Part shown: positions 1 to 9,386 of the stretch, one piece after another
Layout: every line of letters starts with the position of its first letter
How positions within the stretch are numbered: position 1 is the first letter of the stretch
Assembly: GCA_045106415.1 (NCBI GenBank)
Contig: JBGCEP010000027.1
Location: forward strand, 64,001 to 128,000
DNA length: 64,000 nt
Source: Oligoflexales bacterium
GTDB lineage: Bacteria > Bdellovibrionota_B > Oligoflexia > Oligoflexales > Bog-1112
Direction of reading: 5' to 3'
Notes under the pieces: model-generated
What the model saw: the letters and a program-made list of their open reading frames with translations, nothing else
Databases searched by the model: none
Told to the model about the DNA's origin: nothing
Position numbers and translations under genes: made by a program

Positions 1-1356
1 GCTCTGATTTATAATGTCAGACAATAGTATTTGAGAATGAAAATTCTGAATACAAATTTTTTCTATATCGATAGCATCATTAGGATCATGATTTTCATGA
101 CATAATACAAAAAGATCTTGCTTACTCTGATCTATGTTTTTTAATTCCGTACACCTTGTCTTTAAGCCTAAAGACTGAAGTTGTTTTTCCATAATACTTA
201 ACGCTGAATCTTTCATTCTATATTTCACCTGAATAGAGTCAATATCAAATGAATCCTCAAAATCTTCAAATAAAAAACTAGGTTGAACTGTAAACCAGAA
301 AAGAGAACCTTTTCCTCGACGAGAGCTCATTCCACATTTCCCACCTAAAAGTTCTGCTGTTTTTTTACATCTAATCAAACCCAGACCTGTTCCTCGAAAA
401 GATTCTTTATCATGCTTTATTTGTGAGAATGGATGGAAAAGTTTTTTCTGATTTTCACTAGAAATCCCACACCCGGTATCTTCAACCCCTATATAAAGTT
501 GCTTTGCTTGATTCATATTGACTTCAACCGTAATAAAACCTGATTCTGTGAACTTAGATGCATTACACAATAAATGATGAATATTTTGCTGTACTTTATT
601 ACGATCTATCATCACTGTTTTAGGTACTTTTTTATTCACAATATCTGCACATATAATTTTAGAATCTATGGTTCTAGAAAAATTCATAACCACATTTCTA
701 ATAAAATCTCGAATCAAAACTTGTTCTTCATTCACTTTCACTTCATTTGATTCAATTCTAGAGATTTCAGAAATATTATTCATAATATGTAAAATTCTTT
801 CTGCACCTCCTTGAATCGTTGCTAGCATTTTCCTCTGCTCACAATTTTCAACTCTATCCTCTAATAAACTTGACATACCCGTAATTGCATTTAACGGTGT
901 TCTAATTTCATGACTAAATTGAGCTAAAAACTCGCTCCTTTTTTTCTCTGATGCTTTAATTTCCTTCAACACAGAAGCTCTTTCTATAGCAAAAGAAATC
1001 ACCTTATTTAAAAAATAACTACTATCTAATTCAGATTTTAAGACAAAATCTTGAGCTCCTTCACGGATAGAAATAACCGATAAATGAGATTTACTTTCAT
1101 CACTTAATACGATTATTGGAATGTTTGAGAACTCTCGAAAAATAAGGTTAAAGCATTCTAAACCTTGATTTTTTTCTGTATCTAAATCGCACAAAATGAC
1201 ATCAATATCTTTATAGTCCAGCATAGTCAAAGCATCTCTAACCTTATCTACTTGATAAAGCCTGAAAAGGTCACATAATAAAGATTGCTCAATATTTTTT
1301 ATACTGCGCGCTTGATCGCTGAGCAATAATACATGAGTGCTTTTCTTATTCGCCAC
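1..1356 (-). CDS. Hybrid sensor histidine kinase (N-terminal receiver + HisKA + HATPase), truncated by the left window edge
   Basis: Not in the ORF track. Manual translation from GTG at 1356 (GAGGGG upstream) gives MANKKSTHVLLLSD...DVILCDLD (receiver), FLAQFSHEIRTPLNAITGM (H-box) and G-box GTGLGL near 380; no stop seen in the segments I translated. Confidence 0.9.
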   Translation of the reverse strand, partial: MANKKSTHVLLLSDQARSIKNIEQSLLCDLFRLYQVDKVRDALTMLDYKDIDVILCDLDTEKNQGLECFNLIFREFSNIPIIVLSDESKSHLSVISIREGAQDFVLKSELDSSYFLNKVISFAIERASVLKEIKASEKKRSEFLAQFSHEIRTPLNAITGMSSLLEDRVENCEQRKMLATIQGGAERILHIMNNISEISRIESNEVKVNEEQVLIRDFIRNVVMNFSRTIDSKIICADIVNKKVPKTVMIDRNKVQQNIHHLLCNASKFTESGFITVEVNMNQAKQLYIGVEDTGCGISSENQKKLFHPFSQIKHDKESFRGTGLGLIRCKKTAELLGGKCGMSSRRGKGSLFWFTVQPSFLFEDFEDSFDIDSIQVKYRMKDSALSIMEKQLQSLGLKTRCTELKNIDQSKQDLFVLCHENHDPNDAIDIEKICIQNFHSQILLSDIINQS

Positions 1357-1366
1357 AACAAACCCC

Positions 1367-1720
1367 TCATCGACGCCATTCAGATTGCAACTGAACCTTT
1401 GTTTCTTTAAATACATTCTGTACGTTAAATTCTATTTTATTAGCTTCTCCACTTTCTGCTCCTTGATTTTCAATATCTGCAAAAATACACTGCAGATCAA
1501 CAGCTCCAATATTTGCGCAAAGACCCTTGAGGCGATGAGCATAATATTGGATTTTTCGTTCATCATTCGCAGAAATAGATTGATATAACTCTTGAAAAAG
1601 AGGGGGGCTTGTATCTAAAAAAATATCAATAACTTCATTTAAAAACGAATTTTCTCCATCGTCTTCATCATTAAGTAAAGATAAATTATTAAGTACATTA
1701 TCATCTAAAACATTTTTCAT
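1367..1720 (-). CDS. Hpt histidine phosphotransfer protein
   Basis: 117 aa helical protein with AHRLKGLCANIGA Hpt signature. Confidence 0.9.
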   Translation of the reverse strand: MKNVLDDNVLNNLSLLNDEDDGENSFLNEVIDIFLDTSPPLFQELYQSISANDERKIQYYAHRLKGLCANIGAVDLQCIFADIENQGAESGEANKIEFNVQNVFKETKVQLQSEWRR

Positions 1721-2424
1721 TATCCAACCCCTTCTTCTATTGACAAATAAAGGCCCTTGTTCCTTTGACTATTTAAGACAACTCGACTTCCAGAATCCGC
1801 AAGAATTCTTCTCAATGAGCTCACTTGCCTATCTAAATTATTATCTGTAACATGGTTAATCCCCCATAACTTTTTTCTCAAAAAATCCCTATCAACAAGC
1901 ATGCCTTTTGCTTGCATTAAAGCTTCCAGTAAATTTACTGACATTGGTGACAGTGGTTGAGATTGAGATTGAGAAAAAATAGTCCGACGAGAAACATCCA
2001 ACGTAATATCAAAGAGCTTCACAAGATTTTTTTTCTTTTTTTCTTCTAGTTCTTTTGCTCTAATTTGAAAACGCGTTCTTATCTCTAAAGGGTTTAAAGG
2101 TTTCTTTAAAAAATCATCAGCCCCAAGGCCCAAAGAGTGACTTAAAATTTCAACATCATCACTAGCCGTCATGACTAAAAGAGGAACATATGGCCACCTC
2201 TTTCTTAAATCTGGTATAACATCATACCCTTTCGTGTTACCTGATAAGTGAACATCAATAAAACATCCGAGTGGTTGTAGCATACTTGATTTTTTACAAA
2301 GACCTTCTAGAGAGGAAAATGGCAATGAAGTCACTTGAGTTGATTTTTGTATAATTTTATAGACAAGTGGATCATCATCTAAAGTTATAGTGTATATTTT
2401 TTCCATCATCTTAGGCCCTAACAC
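1720..2424 (-). CDS. OmpR/PhoB-family response regulator (receiver + winged helix)
   Basis: LDDDP...FIDVHL...GADDFLKKP receiver; C-terminal NLDRQVSSLRR...RNKGLYL winged helix. Confidence 0.9.
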   Translation of the reverse strand: MLGPKMMEKIYTITLDDDPLVYKIIQKSTQVTSLPFSSLEGLCKKSSMLQPLGCFIDVHLSGNTKGYDVIPDLRKRWPYVPLLVMTASDDVEILSHSLGLGADDFLKKPLNPLEIRTRFQIRAKELEEKKKKNLVKLFDITLDVSRRTIFSQSQSQPLSPMSVNLLEALMQAKGMLVDRDFLRKKLWGINHVTDNNLDRQVSSLRRILADSGSRVVLNSQRNKGLYLSIEEGVG

Positions 2425-2425
2425 A

Positions 2426-2878
2426 TCAAGAAATTAAAGGATTTTTCGTTAAGTATTTTGAAAGGTTTCCTTTATAATGAGCTGTGTGTTTTTGAACCTC
2501 CCAAACCACAGCTTGATAACCAATCGACTTAGGAAGAAATTTTCTCACACAACTTGGTAGTGCTCTTTTTTTATCTAAATCTGACTCGCTTACAATAATG
2601 ACAGGGAGCTGAAAATCTAGAGCATCAATATAATCTGCAATTTCAATACCGTTGACACAACTCACACCTAAATTGATATCAATAATAGCCCCATCATATT
2701 TTCCTATAGCTCCTACAGATCCAAGATCTTCTAAAGACTGAAACCAATCAAGACTCAACCCTTCTTGCTTTGCAACTCTGTCAATAATTGTTGAATAAAC
2801 AGGATCATCATCGACTAATAAAATTCTTTTCGGTTTTATCTCACTCGTCACATCTAAGCTCTTATCTTCCATGATCAC
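2426..2878 (-). CDS. Single-domain response regulator
   Basis: ILLVDDD, phosphoacceptor D in IIDINLG, VIIVS, FLPK. Confidence 0.85.
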   Translation of the reverse strand: MIMEDKSLDVTSEIKPKRILLVDDDPVYSTIIDRVAKQEGLSLDWFQSLEDLGSVGAIGKYDGAIIDINLGVSCVNGIEIADYIDALDFQLPVIIVSESDLDKKRALPSCVRKFLPKSIGYQAVVWEVQKHTAHYKGNLSKYLTKNPLIS

Positions 2879-2899
2879 CTCCTAAAAAATCACAGCGAC

Positions 2900-3430
2900 C
2901 TAATGCTGATCTGAAACTTTTTTATCAATTTTTTCATGAATTTTAGATATATCAAAAGCTTCAAAAACCGCCTCCAAAACAGCGTACGGCCCTAGATCTT
3001 TATGTACAAACTCTCTAATCATAGTTGGCCATTGTTTTGTTTCTTTTTGTTCAGATTGACTCACTAAAATGACAGGGATATCGATATTTGATAATGACTC
3101 GAGGTAGTGAGCCATTTCAAACCCCGTTACAGAACCCAAATCATAGTCAATCACAGCAACATCAAAATCTTGATCTTTTGGAAATTCTTCTACTGTTGAA
3201 ATATAAGTTAAAAAAACAGAGTTCTGTGATGCAACTCGCTGCATAATGCGTCCATAAACCGGATCATCATCAACAAGTAAGACATGCGGAGCCTCTTTGA
3301 GACGACAGGCCAAATTAAGCTCTTCACGATCACTACTGGATCGGTCACGATAAAAGCTTAAACTCTTCTCTTCCCTCACAGGCTCTGACCCTGCGCCAAT
3401 AAGACTTGCGTAGAAAGATGAACCTTTCAT
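2900..3430 (-). CDS. Single-domain response regulator with N-terminal extension
   Basis: VLLVDDD, AVIDYDLG, VILVS, FVHK; AGGAGG RBS upstream. Confidence 0.85.
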   Translation of the reverse strand: MKGSSFYASLIGAGSEPVREEKSLSFYRDRSSSDREELNLACRLKEAPHVLLVDDDPVYGRIMQRVASQNSVFLTYISTVEEFPKDQDFDVAVIDYDLGSVTGFEMAHYLESLSNIDIPVILVSQSEQKETKQWPTMIREFVHKDLGPYAVLEAVFEAFDISKIHEKIDKKVSDQH

Positions 3431-3951
3431 ATAAAGACCTCCTTGAGATACTGAAAACCAGCTGAAGTCACCGCGACCCAGCAGGCCTTTGATGTTTCGA
3501 CAATTAAAGATATAAAGTTTAGCTAATACAGTGATTTATAAAACAGGACGAAACGTAACAACTATGATAAGTTCTTCAAAAGAAACAAGAAAAAATAAAA
3601 TAAAAAAATAAACCTGAACATATTTTCAGGTTCTTTAGGAAACAAAAAAAAATTCCATGACTCAATATTGGTAGAAATTCATCATTCTTCTAAAAAAATT
3701 CCTCTTCTCCAATGCGCATGACCTCAGATAAGACGATAAAAAATGCAAAAAGATTTCTCAAAAAAAATCCCTGAACAGAAAATGCTTAGACTGTTCTCCA
3801 CTTATAAATAAAATTTACGACAGAAAATACGTCATGAACTCTCTAGCTAAGCATACTCACTCATATGCGATTATTGTAATAAATATGAGAAGATAAATAA
3901 AAAGGATTCAATTTTAAAACACGATGTTTTTAAAATAATTAATTAATTTTT

Positions 3952-5400
3952 TTACTGACTTTCTGGTAAATTTTGTTTAGTTTTTTTCTTAGGTTTCCCG
4001 ATTACTCCGTTCGGAAAAAGTTTATTTAAAGCATTAAATGCTGCAATTTTATAACCTTCTGCTAATGTTGGGTAATTGTAAACCATATTCACCATATCTT
4101 GCGCCACGCCATCTTTAAGCATAAATGCTAAGCCAATATGGATAAGATTACAGGCATCAGCCCCAACAATGTGAATCCCCAGCAAACGGCAAGTTTCTTC
4201 TTCAACAAGTATTTTTAAAAGGCCATGAGAATCACCTCTGATATACCCTCTTGCAATTTCACCGTAAGTTGCCCGACCCACAACATACGAAATGCCTGCT
4301 TGTTTCGCTTCACTTTCCGTCATACCGACCATGGAAAGTTCAGGTATTGTGTAAACACCAACAGGAAAAAGTTTAGGAAAAGTGTCGAGTTTCACACCGA
4401 AAGCATGACAAGCCATATGCCTTCCTTGTTGAAAAGACGTCGCAGCTAAGGCTGGCGGACCAATGGCATCACCAGCGGCGTAAATATTAGGAATTTTTGT
4501 TTGAAAAGCGTCATTCACTTCAATTGCACCACGATTATTCACATCAATTCCAACTTTTTCAAGCCCTAGCCTCTGACTACAAGACACTCGACCCGCTGCA
4601 AAAAACAAAACCTCTGAAGACAATATTTGGTCACCCACGTGGACAATAACCCTAGGGCCTTCAGTATCGACTTTATCCATTGCATGACCAAGAACAAATT
4701 CAATTCCTAATGATTCCATTGTTTTTTGAAGCTCACCCCCAACCTCAACATCCAGATATTGTAAAATTCTCGAGCGTGAATCAATAATAGTTACTTTGGT
4801 TCCAGCAGCAGCAAAAATACATGCATACTCACAACCAACAACTCCTGCACCATAAATCAAAAGCTCTTTAGGGACGGTTTCAAGATGTAAAATTTCATCA
4901 GAATCAACAACTCGCCAGCCATCAAAGGGAATGTCCTCTGGTCGCCTTGGCCTCGACCCTGTAGCTATAAGAGTATATTTCGCTTCAATGACATAAGGTT
5001 CTTCTTTCGATGGGATCACTCGAACACTATGCTGACTTTCAATTAATCCATAACCTTGGAGGATATCAATATTATTATTCTGTAAATGCTTATGAAGTAA
5101 TGATTCTTCTTGGGAAGCAACTTTTGCAGCTCGCCCGAGAAGCTTCGTTGCATTCAAATCCTCAACAATTCTTTGAACCCAAACCTCACCAACATGGCCA
5201 CGGATGCTATGAATTGTCGCAAGAGATTCACGTATGGTTTTTGAAGGCAGAGTTCCTGTATGAACCCAACATCCACCTATTTTTCCTGGCATTTTTTCAA
5301 TGACACAAGACTTTTTACCAAGCTTTGCTGCTTGCACAGCAGCATAAATCCCAGCTGGTCCACTGCCTATAACAACAAGGTCATAACTTTTGTTTTGCAT
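3952..5400 (-). CDS. sthA: Soluble pyridine nucleotide transhydrogenase
   Basis: GSGPAG FAD motif; GGCWVHTGTLPSK (one Cys, no CxxxxC redox pair); GAGVVG; C-terminal YNYPTLAEGYKIAA typical of SthA. Confidence 0.9.
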   Translation of the reverse strand: MQNKSYDLVVIGSGPAGIYAAVQAAKLGKKSCVIEKMPGKIGGCWVHTGTLPSKTIRESLATIHSIRGHVGEVWVQRIVEDLNATKLLGRAAKVASQEESLLHKHLQNNNIDILQGYGLIESQHSVRVIPSKEEPYVIEAKYTLIATGSRPRRPEDIPFDGWRVVDSDEILHLETVPKELLIYGAGVVGCEYACIFAAAGTKVTIIDSRSRILQYLDVEVGGELQKTMESLGIEFVLGHAMDKVDTEGPRVIVHVGDQILSSEVLFFAAGRVSCSQRLGLEKVGIDVNNRGAIEVNDAFQTKIPNIYAAGDAIGPPALAATSFQQGRHMACHAFGVKLDTFPKLFPVGVYTIPELSMVGMTESEAKQAGISYVVGRATYGEIARGYIRGDSHGLLKILVEEETCRLLGIHIVGADACNLIHIGLAFMLKDGVAQDMVNMVYNYPTLAEGYKIAAFNALNKLFPNGVIGKPKKKTKQNLPESQ

Positions 5401-5497
5401 ACAGCCTCCCTTCTTTAGTCATCGACGCAATGAAGGCTTCTCTTAAATTTATGAACAAAAACTGTGCTAGAATGATAAACACACCAACGCAGAGCTA

Positions 5498-6574
5498 ATG
5501 CCTATGAGACTTAGTCACATCTTCCAAAAAGGGCGGTCTCAAACTCCGCCACCTAAAACATACCGCCCTGGCCACCCTCTTTCCCACCGGAGAGAAGCAT
5601 GGCTCGCCGGCCTTCCTGCACATGTTGAGCTCAACCACTCAGTTCACGCCCCAACGATTATTGCTATCGGTGGAGGAAAAGGTGGTGTTGGGAAAAGCAT
5701 CTTAAGCTCAAATCTTGCTGCTCGTCTTGGGCAAGCCGGACACAAAGTTTTACTCACAGACCTTGATATTGGCGGTGCTAACCTGCACACATATTTCGGC
5801 ATTCCTATGCCTCAGAAAACTCTTGCTGATTATATTTTAATGGGCCAAGGCTCTTTATGGGATACCGTCATTCCAACAAACACCCCCAATGTACACCTTG
5901 CTCCTGGAGGGCGAGATGAATCTTGGTCTGACGCTTCAGATTTTGGGGCTGGGGCTTTCTTAGGTTTCTGGGACTCTATACTCAACGCAAAAGAAGAAAA
6001 AAACTTCGATTTCATTATCATTGACCTTGGAGCTGGAACTCAAAAACACACAATCGATTTTTTTACAGCTGCACATCTCGGTATTGTTACAGTTTTACCA
6101 GAGCCAACTTCGATAGAAAATGCCTACTCTTTCTTAAAAGCCACACTCTGGAGACTCATTGAAAATGCAGGTATTCGCATGCATTCATGCGCTGTTGCCG
6201 ATGAGCTCAAAGATCTTCTCTTTTCTCCAAACCCTAAAAATCTCAGTTCAAGTGTTGAACGCCTTAAATCACAAGCTCACAAACACCCAGAGCTCATCAA
6301 ACATATCTTCACAAGCTTAGAAGGTCGCAACATTGGGTTTATCGTAAATCAAATACGCACACAGCGAGATATTGACATAGGCAGATCCATGGAGACAGTC
6401 TGCCATACTTACTTTGGTTTTCAAACGACAGCTCTTGGATATTTAAACTATGACGACGCTGCCTGGAAATCCTTACGCAACCGCCGGTTACTAGTCACAG
6501 ACTTCCCACATGCTATTCTTGCAAGGCGTATCACAGAAGTTTCTGGAAAAGTTCTCTCAACCCTAGGCTATTAA
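5498..6574 (+). CDS. MinD/FlhG/ParA-family P-loop ATPase
   Basis: Deviant Walker A GGKGGVGKS, DLDIGGANL, IIDLGAG, PEPTSIENAY. Confidence 0.9.
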   Translation: MPMRLSHIFQKGRSQTPPPKTYRPGHPLSHRREAWLAGLPAHVELNHSVHAPTIIAIGGGKGGVGKSILSSNLAARLGQAGHKVLLTDLDIGGANLHTYFGIPMPQKTLADYILMGQGSLWDTVIPTNTPNVHLAPGGRDESWSDASDFGAGAFLGFWDSILNAKEEKNFDFIIIDLGAGTQKHTIDFFTAAHLGIVTVLPEPTSIENAYSFLKATLWRLIENAGIRMHSCAVADELKDLLFSPNPKNLSSSVERLKSQAHKHPELIKHIFTSLEGRNIGFIVNQIRTQRDIDIGRSMETVCHTYFGFQTTALGYLNYDDAAWKSLRNRRLLVTDFPHAILARRITEVSGKVLSTLGY

Positions 6575-6588
6575 TATAAAGGGTATTC

Positions 6589-7380
6589 ATGTCAAACGTA
6601 GAAAAAGATTATTACTCCACTCTTGAAGTCGACATCAACGCAACTTTCGATGATATTCAAAAATCTTACCTCAAACTAAAAAACACTTACGTCAGCAGCA
6701 ACCAAGCCTTATATAGCTTGATGTCACCAGAAAGCATTCAAAGTATCGTTGAGCAGATCGATCAGGCCTATGAAGTTCTCAGCAACCCGGCAAGTCGCTC
6801 CAAATACCATGAAACCTTATCGCTTGACGAAGAAAACACACTCGAGCCTCAAGAAATTTGTGAGCAGCACAACACCCTAGATGAAAAGAGTCTCTCTGGC
6901 CCTCATGACATCATCGACTGGCTTCCAGACCCTATGAACGACACCATGAACCTCACAACCTTAAACTCTGAAGATCTCAAAGAGAATAGCAATCATGGCG
7001 TTCACAGCGAGAACTTTTCAACATCTATTTCATTCCCAAGAGAGCTCTTAGCTGTTTCAGAGCAGGCACAAGAAAAAAGCTCAGATATTCAGCGCATTCT
7101 TTCAGGTGAAGACCTCGCAGACGGCCGCACCTACCAAATGATTAGAGAGCAGCTTCTCATTTCGAAACAAGAAATCTTCGAGAAAACTCAAATATCAAAC
7201 TATTACATCAAATGCCTGGAAGAAAATGACTTTGACCTTCTTCCTCAAACAGTGTACCTAAAAGGGTTCTTAAAGGGTTACCTCAGTTATATTGGTATTC
7301 CTGATATTCAGACAACCGTTCATGCTTATCTATCGAGATTTCAAATTTGGTGGGACAACAAAAACGCTCTTGGTTCATAG
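6589..7380 (+). CDS. J-domain-like (no HPD) + RodZ-like HTH protein
   Basis: N-terminal DYYSTLEV...AYEVLSNPASRSKY; C-terminal TQISNYYIKCLEENDFDLLPQTVYLKGFLKGY (HTH_25-like). Confidence 0.75.
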   Translation: MSNVEKDYYSTLEVDINATFDDIQKSYLKLKNTYVSSNQALYSLMSPESIQSIVEQIDQAYEVLSNPASRSKYHETLSLDEENTLEPQEICEQHNTLDEKSLSGPHDIIDWLPDPMNDTMNLTTLNSEDLKENSNHGVHSENFSTSISFPRELLAVSEQAQEKSSDIQRILSGEDLADGRTYQMIREQLLISKQEIFEKTQISNYYIKCLEENDFDLLPQTVYLKGFLKGYLSYIGIPDIQTTVHAYLSRFQIWWDNKNALGS

Positions 7381-8327
7381 AAACATACTCGGGACCCCCA
7401 GAACGCTGTGATCAATGGTTAACAAAACACACTGGTCATCGACGAAGTTTTGTTCAGCGGTGGTTTCTTTCCCCCGGCGTATATGTCAATCAAAAACGCG
7501 TAAAAGCATCACATAAGCTTCAAGGTGGTTCTCAAGTTGAAATTTTCACTCAACCCAAGCTAGAAGAAACAGCTCTTCACCTTGAACCCATTCCAATGGG
7601 TCTTGATATTCTATTTGAAGACGAGCACCTTATTGTAGTCAACAAACCTTCTGGGTTATCTGTACACCCAGGAGCAGGTGCTCCAGTTCCCACACTTTTG
7701 CACGGGCTTCTTGCTCATGGGCTTCAAGGTGGAGATAGTAGCCGCCCAGGTATCGTCCACCGTCTTGACAAAGACACAACTGGAGCCATTGTTGCTGCTA
7801 AAAATGTAGACGCTCACGCCAAACTTTCCATACAGTTTGCTGAAAAGACAAACCAAAGACAATACCTCGCATTACTCGATGGAACTCTCCCCACTGATCA
7901 TATTTGCGTCGAAAACCACCTTTATAGAGACCCAAAAAATCGCCTAAAATTTTGCTGCGCTCCTGAAACAGATAAAGGCAAATGGTCTTCTTCATTTTTC
8001 CAAGTGAAGAAAACATATGCACATACGCTCAGTCTTGTTGAAGTCACTTTAAAAACAGGCAGAACTCACCAAATCCGTGTACACAGCGAACACCTAAAAG
8101 CACCCATCATCGGAGACCCTTTATATGGTCAAAGTAGAGATTATCCTCACAGTCTCCCCCAAAACCTCCGTGCACTTTTAAAACCAAACCGTCAAATGCT
8201 GCATGCTCGCACTCTCGGCTTTCAACATCCCGCAACTGGCGAGACCTTAATCTTTCACGCCGATCTCCCAAAAGACTTCAAACATCTCCTTGATCGACTT
8301 AAGCCTTTTCAGTCTGATACTGAATAA
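7347..8327 (+). CDS. rluD: RluA-family 23S rRNA pseudouridine synthase
   Basis: S4-like N-terminus, VVNKPSG, HRLDKDTTG, TGRTHQIRVH, GDPLYG, QMLHA. Confidence 0.9.
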   Translation: MVGQQKRSWFIETYSGPPERCDQWLTKHTGHRRSFVQRWFLSPGVYVNQKRVKASHKLQGGSQVEIFTQPKLEETALHLEPIPMGLDILFEDEHLIVVNKPSGLSVHPGAGAPVPTLLHGLLAHGLQGGDSSRPGIVHRLDKDTTGAIVAAKNVDAHAKLSIQFAEKTNQRQYLALLDGTLPTDHICVENHLYRDPKNRLKFCCAPETDKGKWSSSFFQVKKTYAHTLSLVEVTLKTGRTHQIRVHSEHLKAPIIGDPLYGQSRDYPHSLPQNLRALLKPNRQMLHARTLGFQHPATGETLIFHADLPKDFKHLLDRLKPFQSDTE

Positions 8328-8343
8328 GGTATGAATAGAGGAC

Positions 8344-9345
8344 ATGTATCTAAAAATTAGAATTCATAGGCGAGTTATGCTGAAGTCTCCAGAAACCTCT
8401 ACACACTCAAACAAAATTATTTTTGGTCTTTTTCTTATTTTTAACCACACAGCATCGTTCGTATGCGCTGAAAGCAGCATAAAAAAATCAGAATCCACCC
8501 AATACGAAGAATCCTTTCTTTTTATAAATATCGACAAATCCCAACGCAGTGCAACCATTCAAACTCTTCCTTCTCCTGAAAATCCAAGTCACCAAGCAAC
8601 ACTGCATTCATTTACAGTATCGTTTGGCAAGTCCCAAGGAGACAAACAAAAAGAAGGTGATAATAAGACCCCTGAGGGATTATATTTTGCCCGCCCTCAT
8701 ATTTCAGGAAAAAATCTCCTCCAATCTAAATACGGGCCCCAAGCCATTCCTCTCAACTTTCCAAATCCTATTGATAAATTTCAGAAAAAAACAGGACACG
8801 GAATCTGGTTACACGGAGCTGGTGATGATCGAAGAATGGATAAAATTTTTGTCACAGAAGGGTGTGTCGCTTTCTACAATAAAGACATGATAGAAGTTAG
8901 CCAATTTATCAAACCATACCAGACCCTTGTCAGCATCAGCAAAACAGCCTCCACTGTAAACACCCAAAAAAGCATTGCCGCATTACATCAAAAAACCCTC
9001 TCTTGGCTGCATGCGTGGCGCACCCGAGATCTTGAGTCTTACTTTTCTTTTTATCACCCTGATTTCAATGGAAAAGGAAAAAATCTAAAAAAATACAAAG
9101 TTTACAAGTCTCGTGTTTTCAGATCTTACAAAAAAATAGCATTAAATATTGAAGATTTACATATCATTACACATGAAAAATACGCTATGAGTATTATGAA
9201 CCAAGACTTTCGTGGTGACCAACGCTTTACATCTGAAGGCCGAAAAGTTTTATACTGGCTGAAGACCAATGGAGTATGGCAGATTATCAGAGAGTCTTTT
9301 AATCATCGACGGTTTATACCCACTCGGTTAGAAACGTCGATATAA
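8344..9345 (+). CDS. L,D-transpeptidase-fold carboxypeptidase with C-terminal NTF2-like domain (Csd6/Pgp2/Bd1075 type)
   Basis: GDKQKEGDNKTPEG, GIWLHG...TEGCV catalytic His/Cys; C-terminal W..AW...DLESYFSFY...KVLYW....WQIIRE. Confidence 0.8.
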   Translation: MYLKIRIHRRVMLKSPETSTHSNKIIFGLFLIFNHTASFVCAESSIKKSESTQYEESFLFINIDKSQRSATIQTLPSPENPSHQATLHSFTVSFGKSQGDKQKEGDNKTPEGLYFARPHISGKNLLQSKYGPQAIPLNFPNPIDKFQKKTGHGIWLHGAGDDRRMDKIFVTEGCVAFYNKDMIEVSQFIKPYQTLVSISKTASTVNTQKSIAALHQKTLSWLHAWRTRDLESYFSFYHPDFNGKGKNLKKYKVYKSRVFRSYKKIALNIEDLHIITHEKYAMSIMNQDFRGDQRFTSEGRKVLYWLKTNGVWQIIRESFNHRRFIPTRLETSI

Positions 9346-9386
9346 CCCATCGTTCCAGAGTTGATAAACACAAGAAGGAGAACCTA

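Noticed and set aside
1337..1588. Plus-strand 83-aa ORF, and similar short antisense or alternate-frame ORFs throughout (e.g. 39038-39334, 52788-53156)
   Set aside because: Shadows of well-supported genes, with no motifs
3431..3951. Riboswitch or sRNA in the AT-rich intergenic region
   Set aside because: No recognisable aptamer consensus by eye
3952..5400. Second dihydrolipoamide dehydrogenase
   Set aside because: Lacks the CxxxxC redox pair and HPT motif; has the SthA-type NYPT motif
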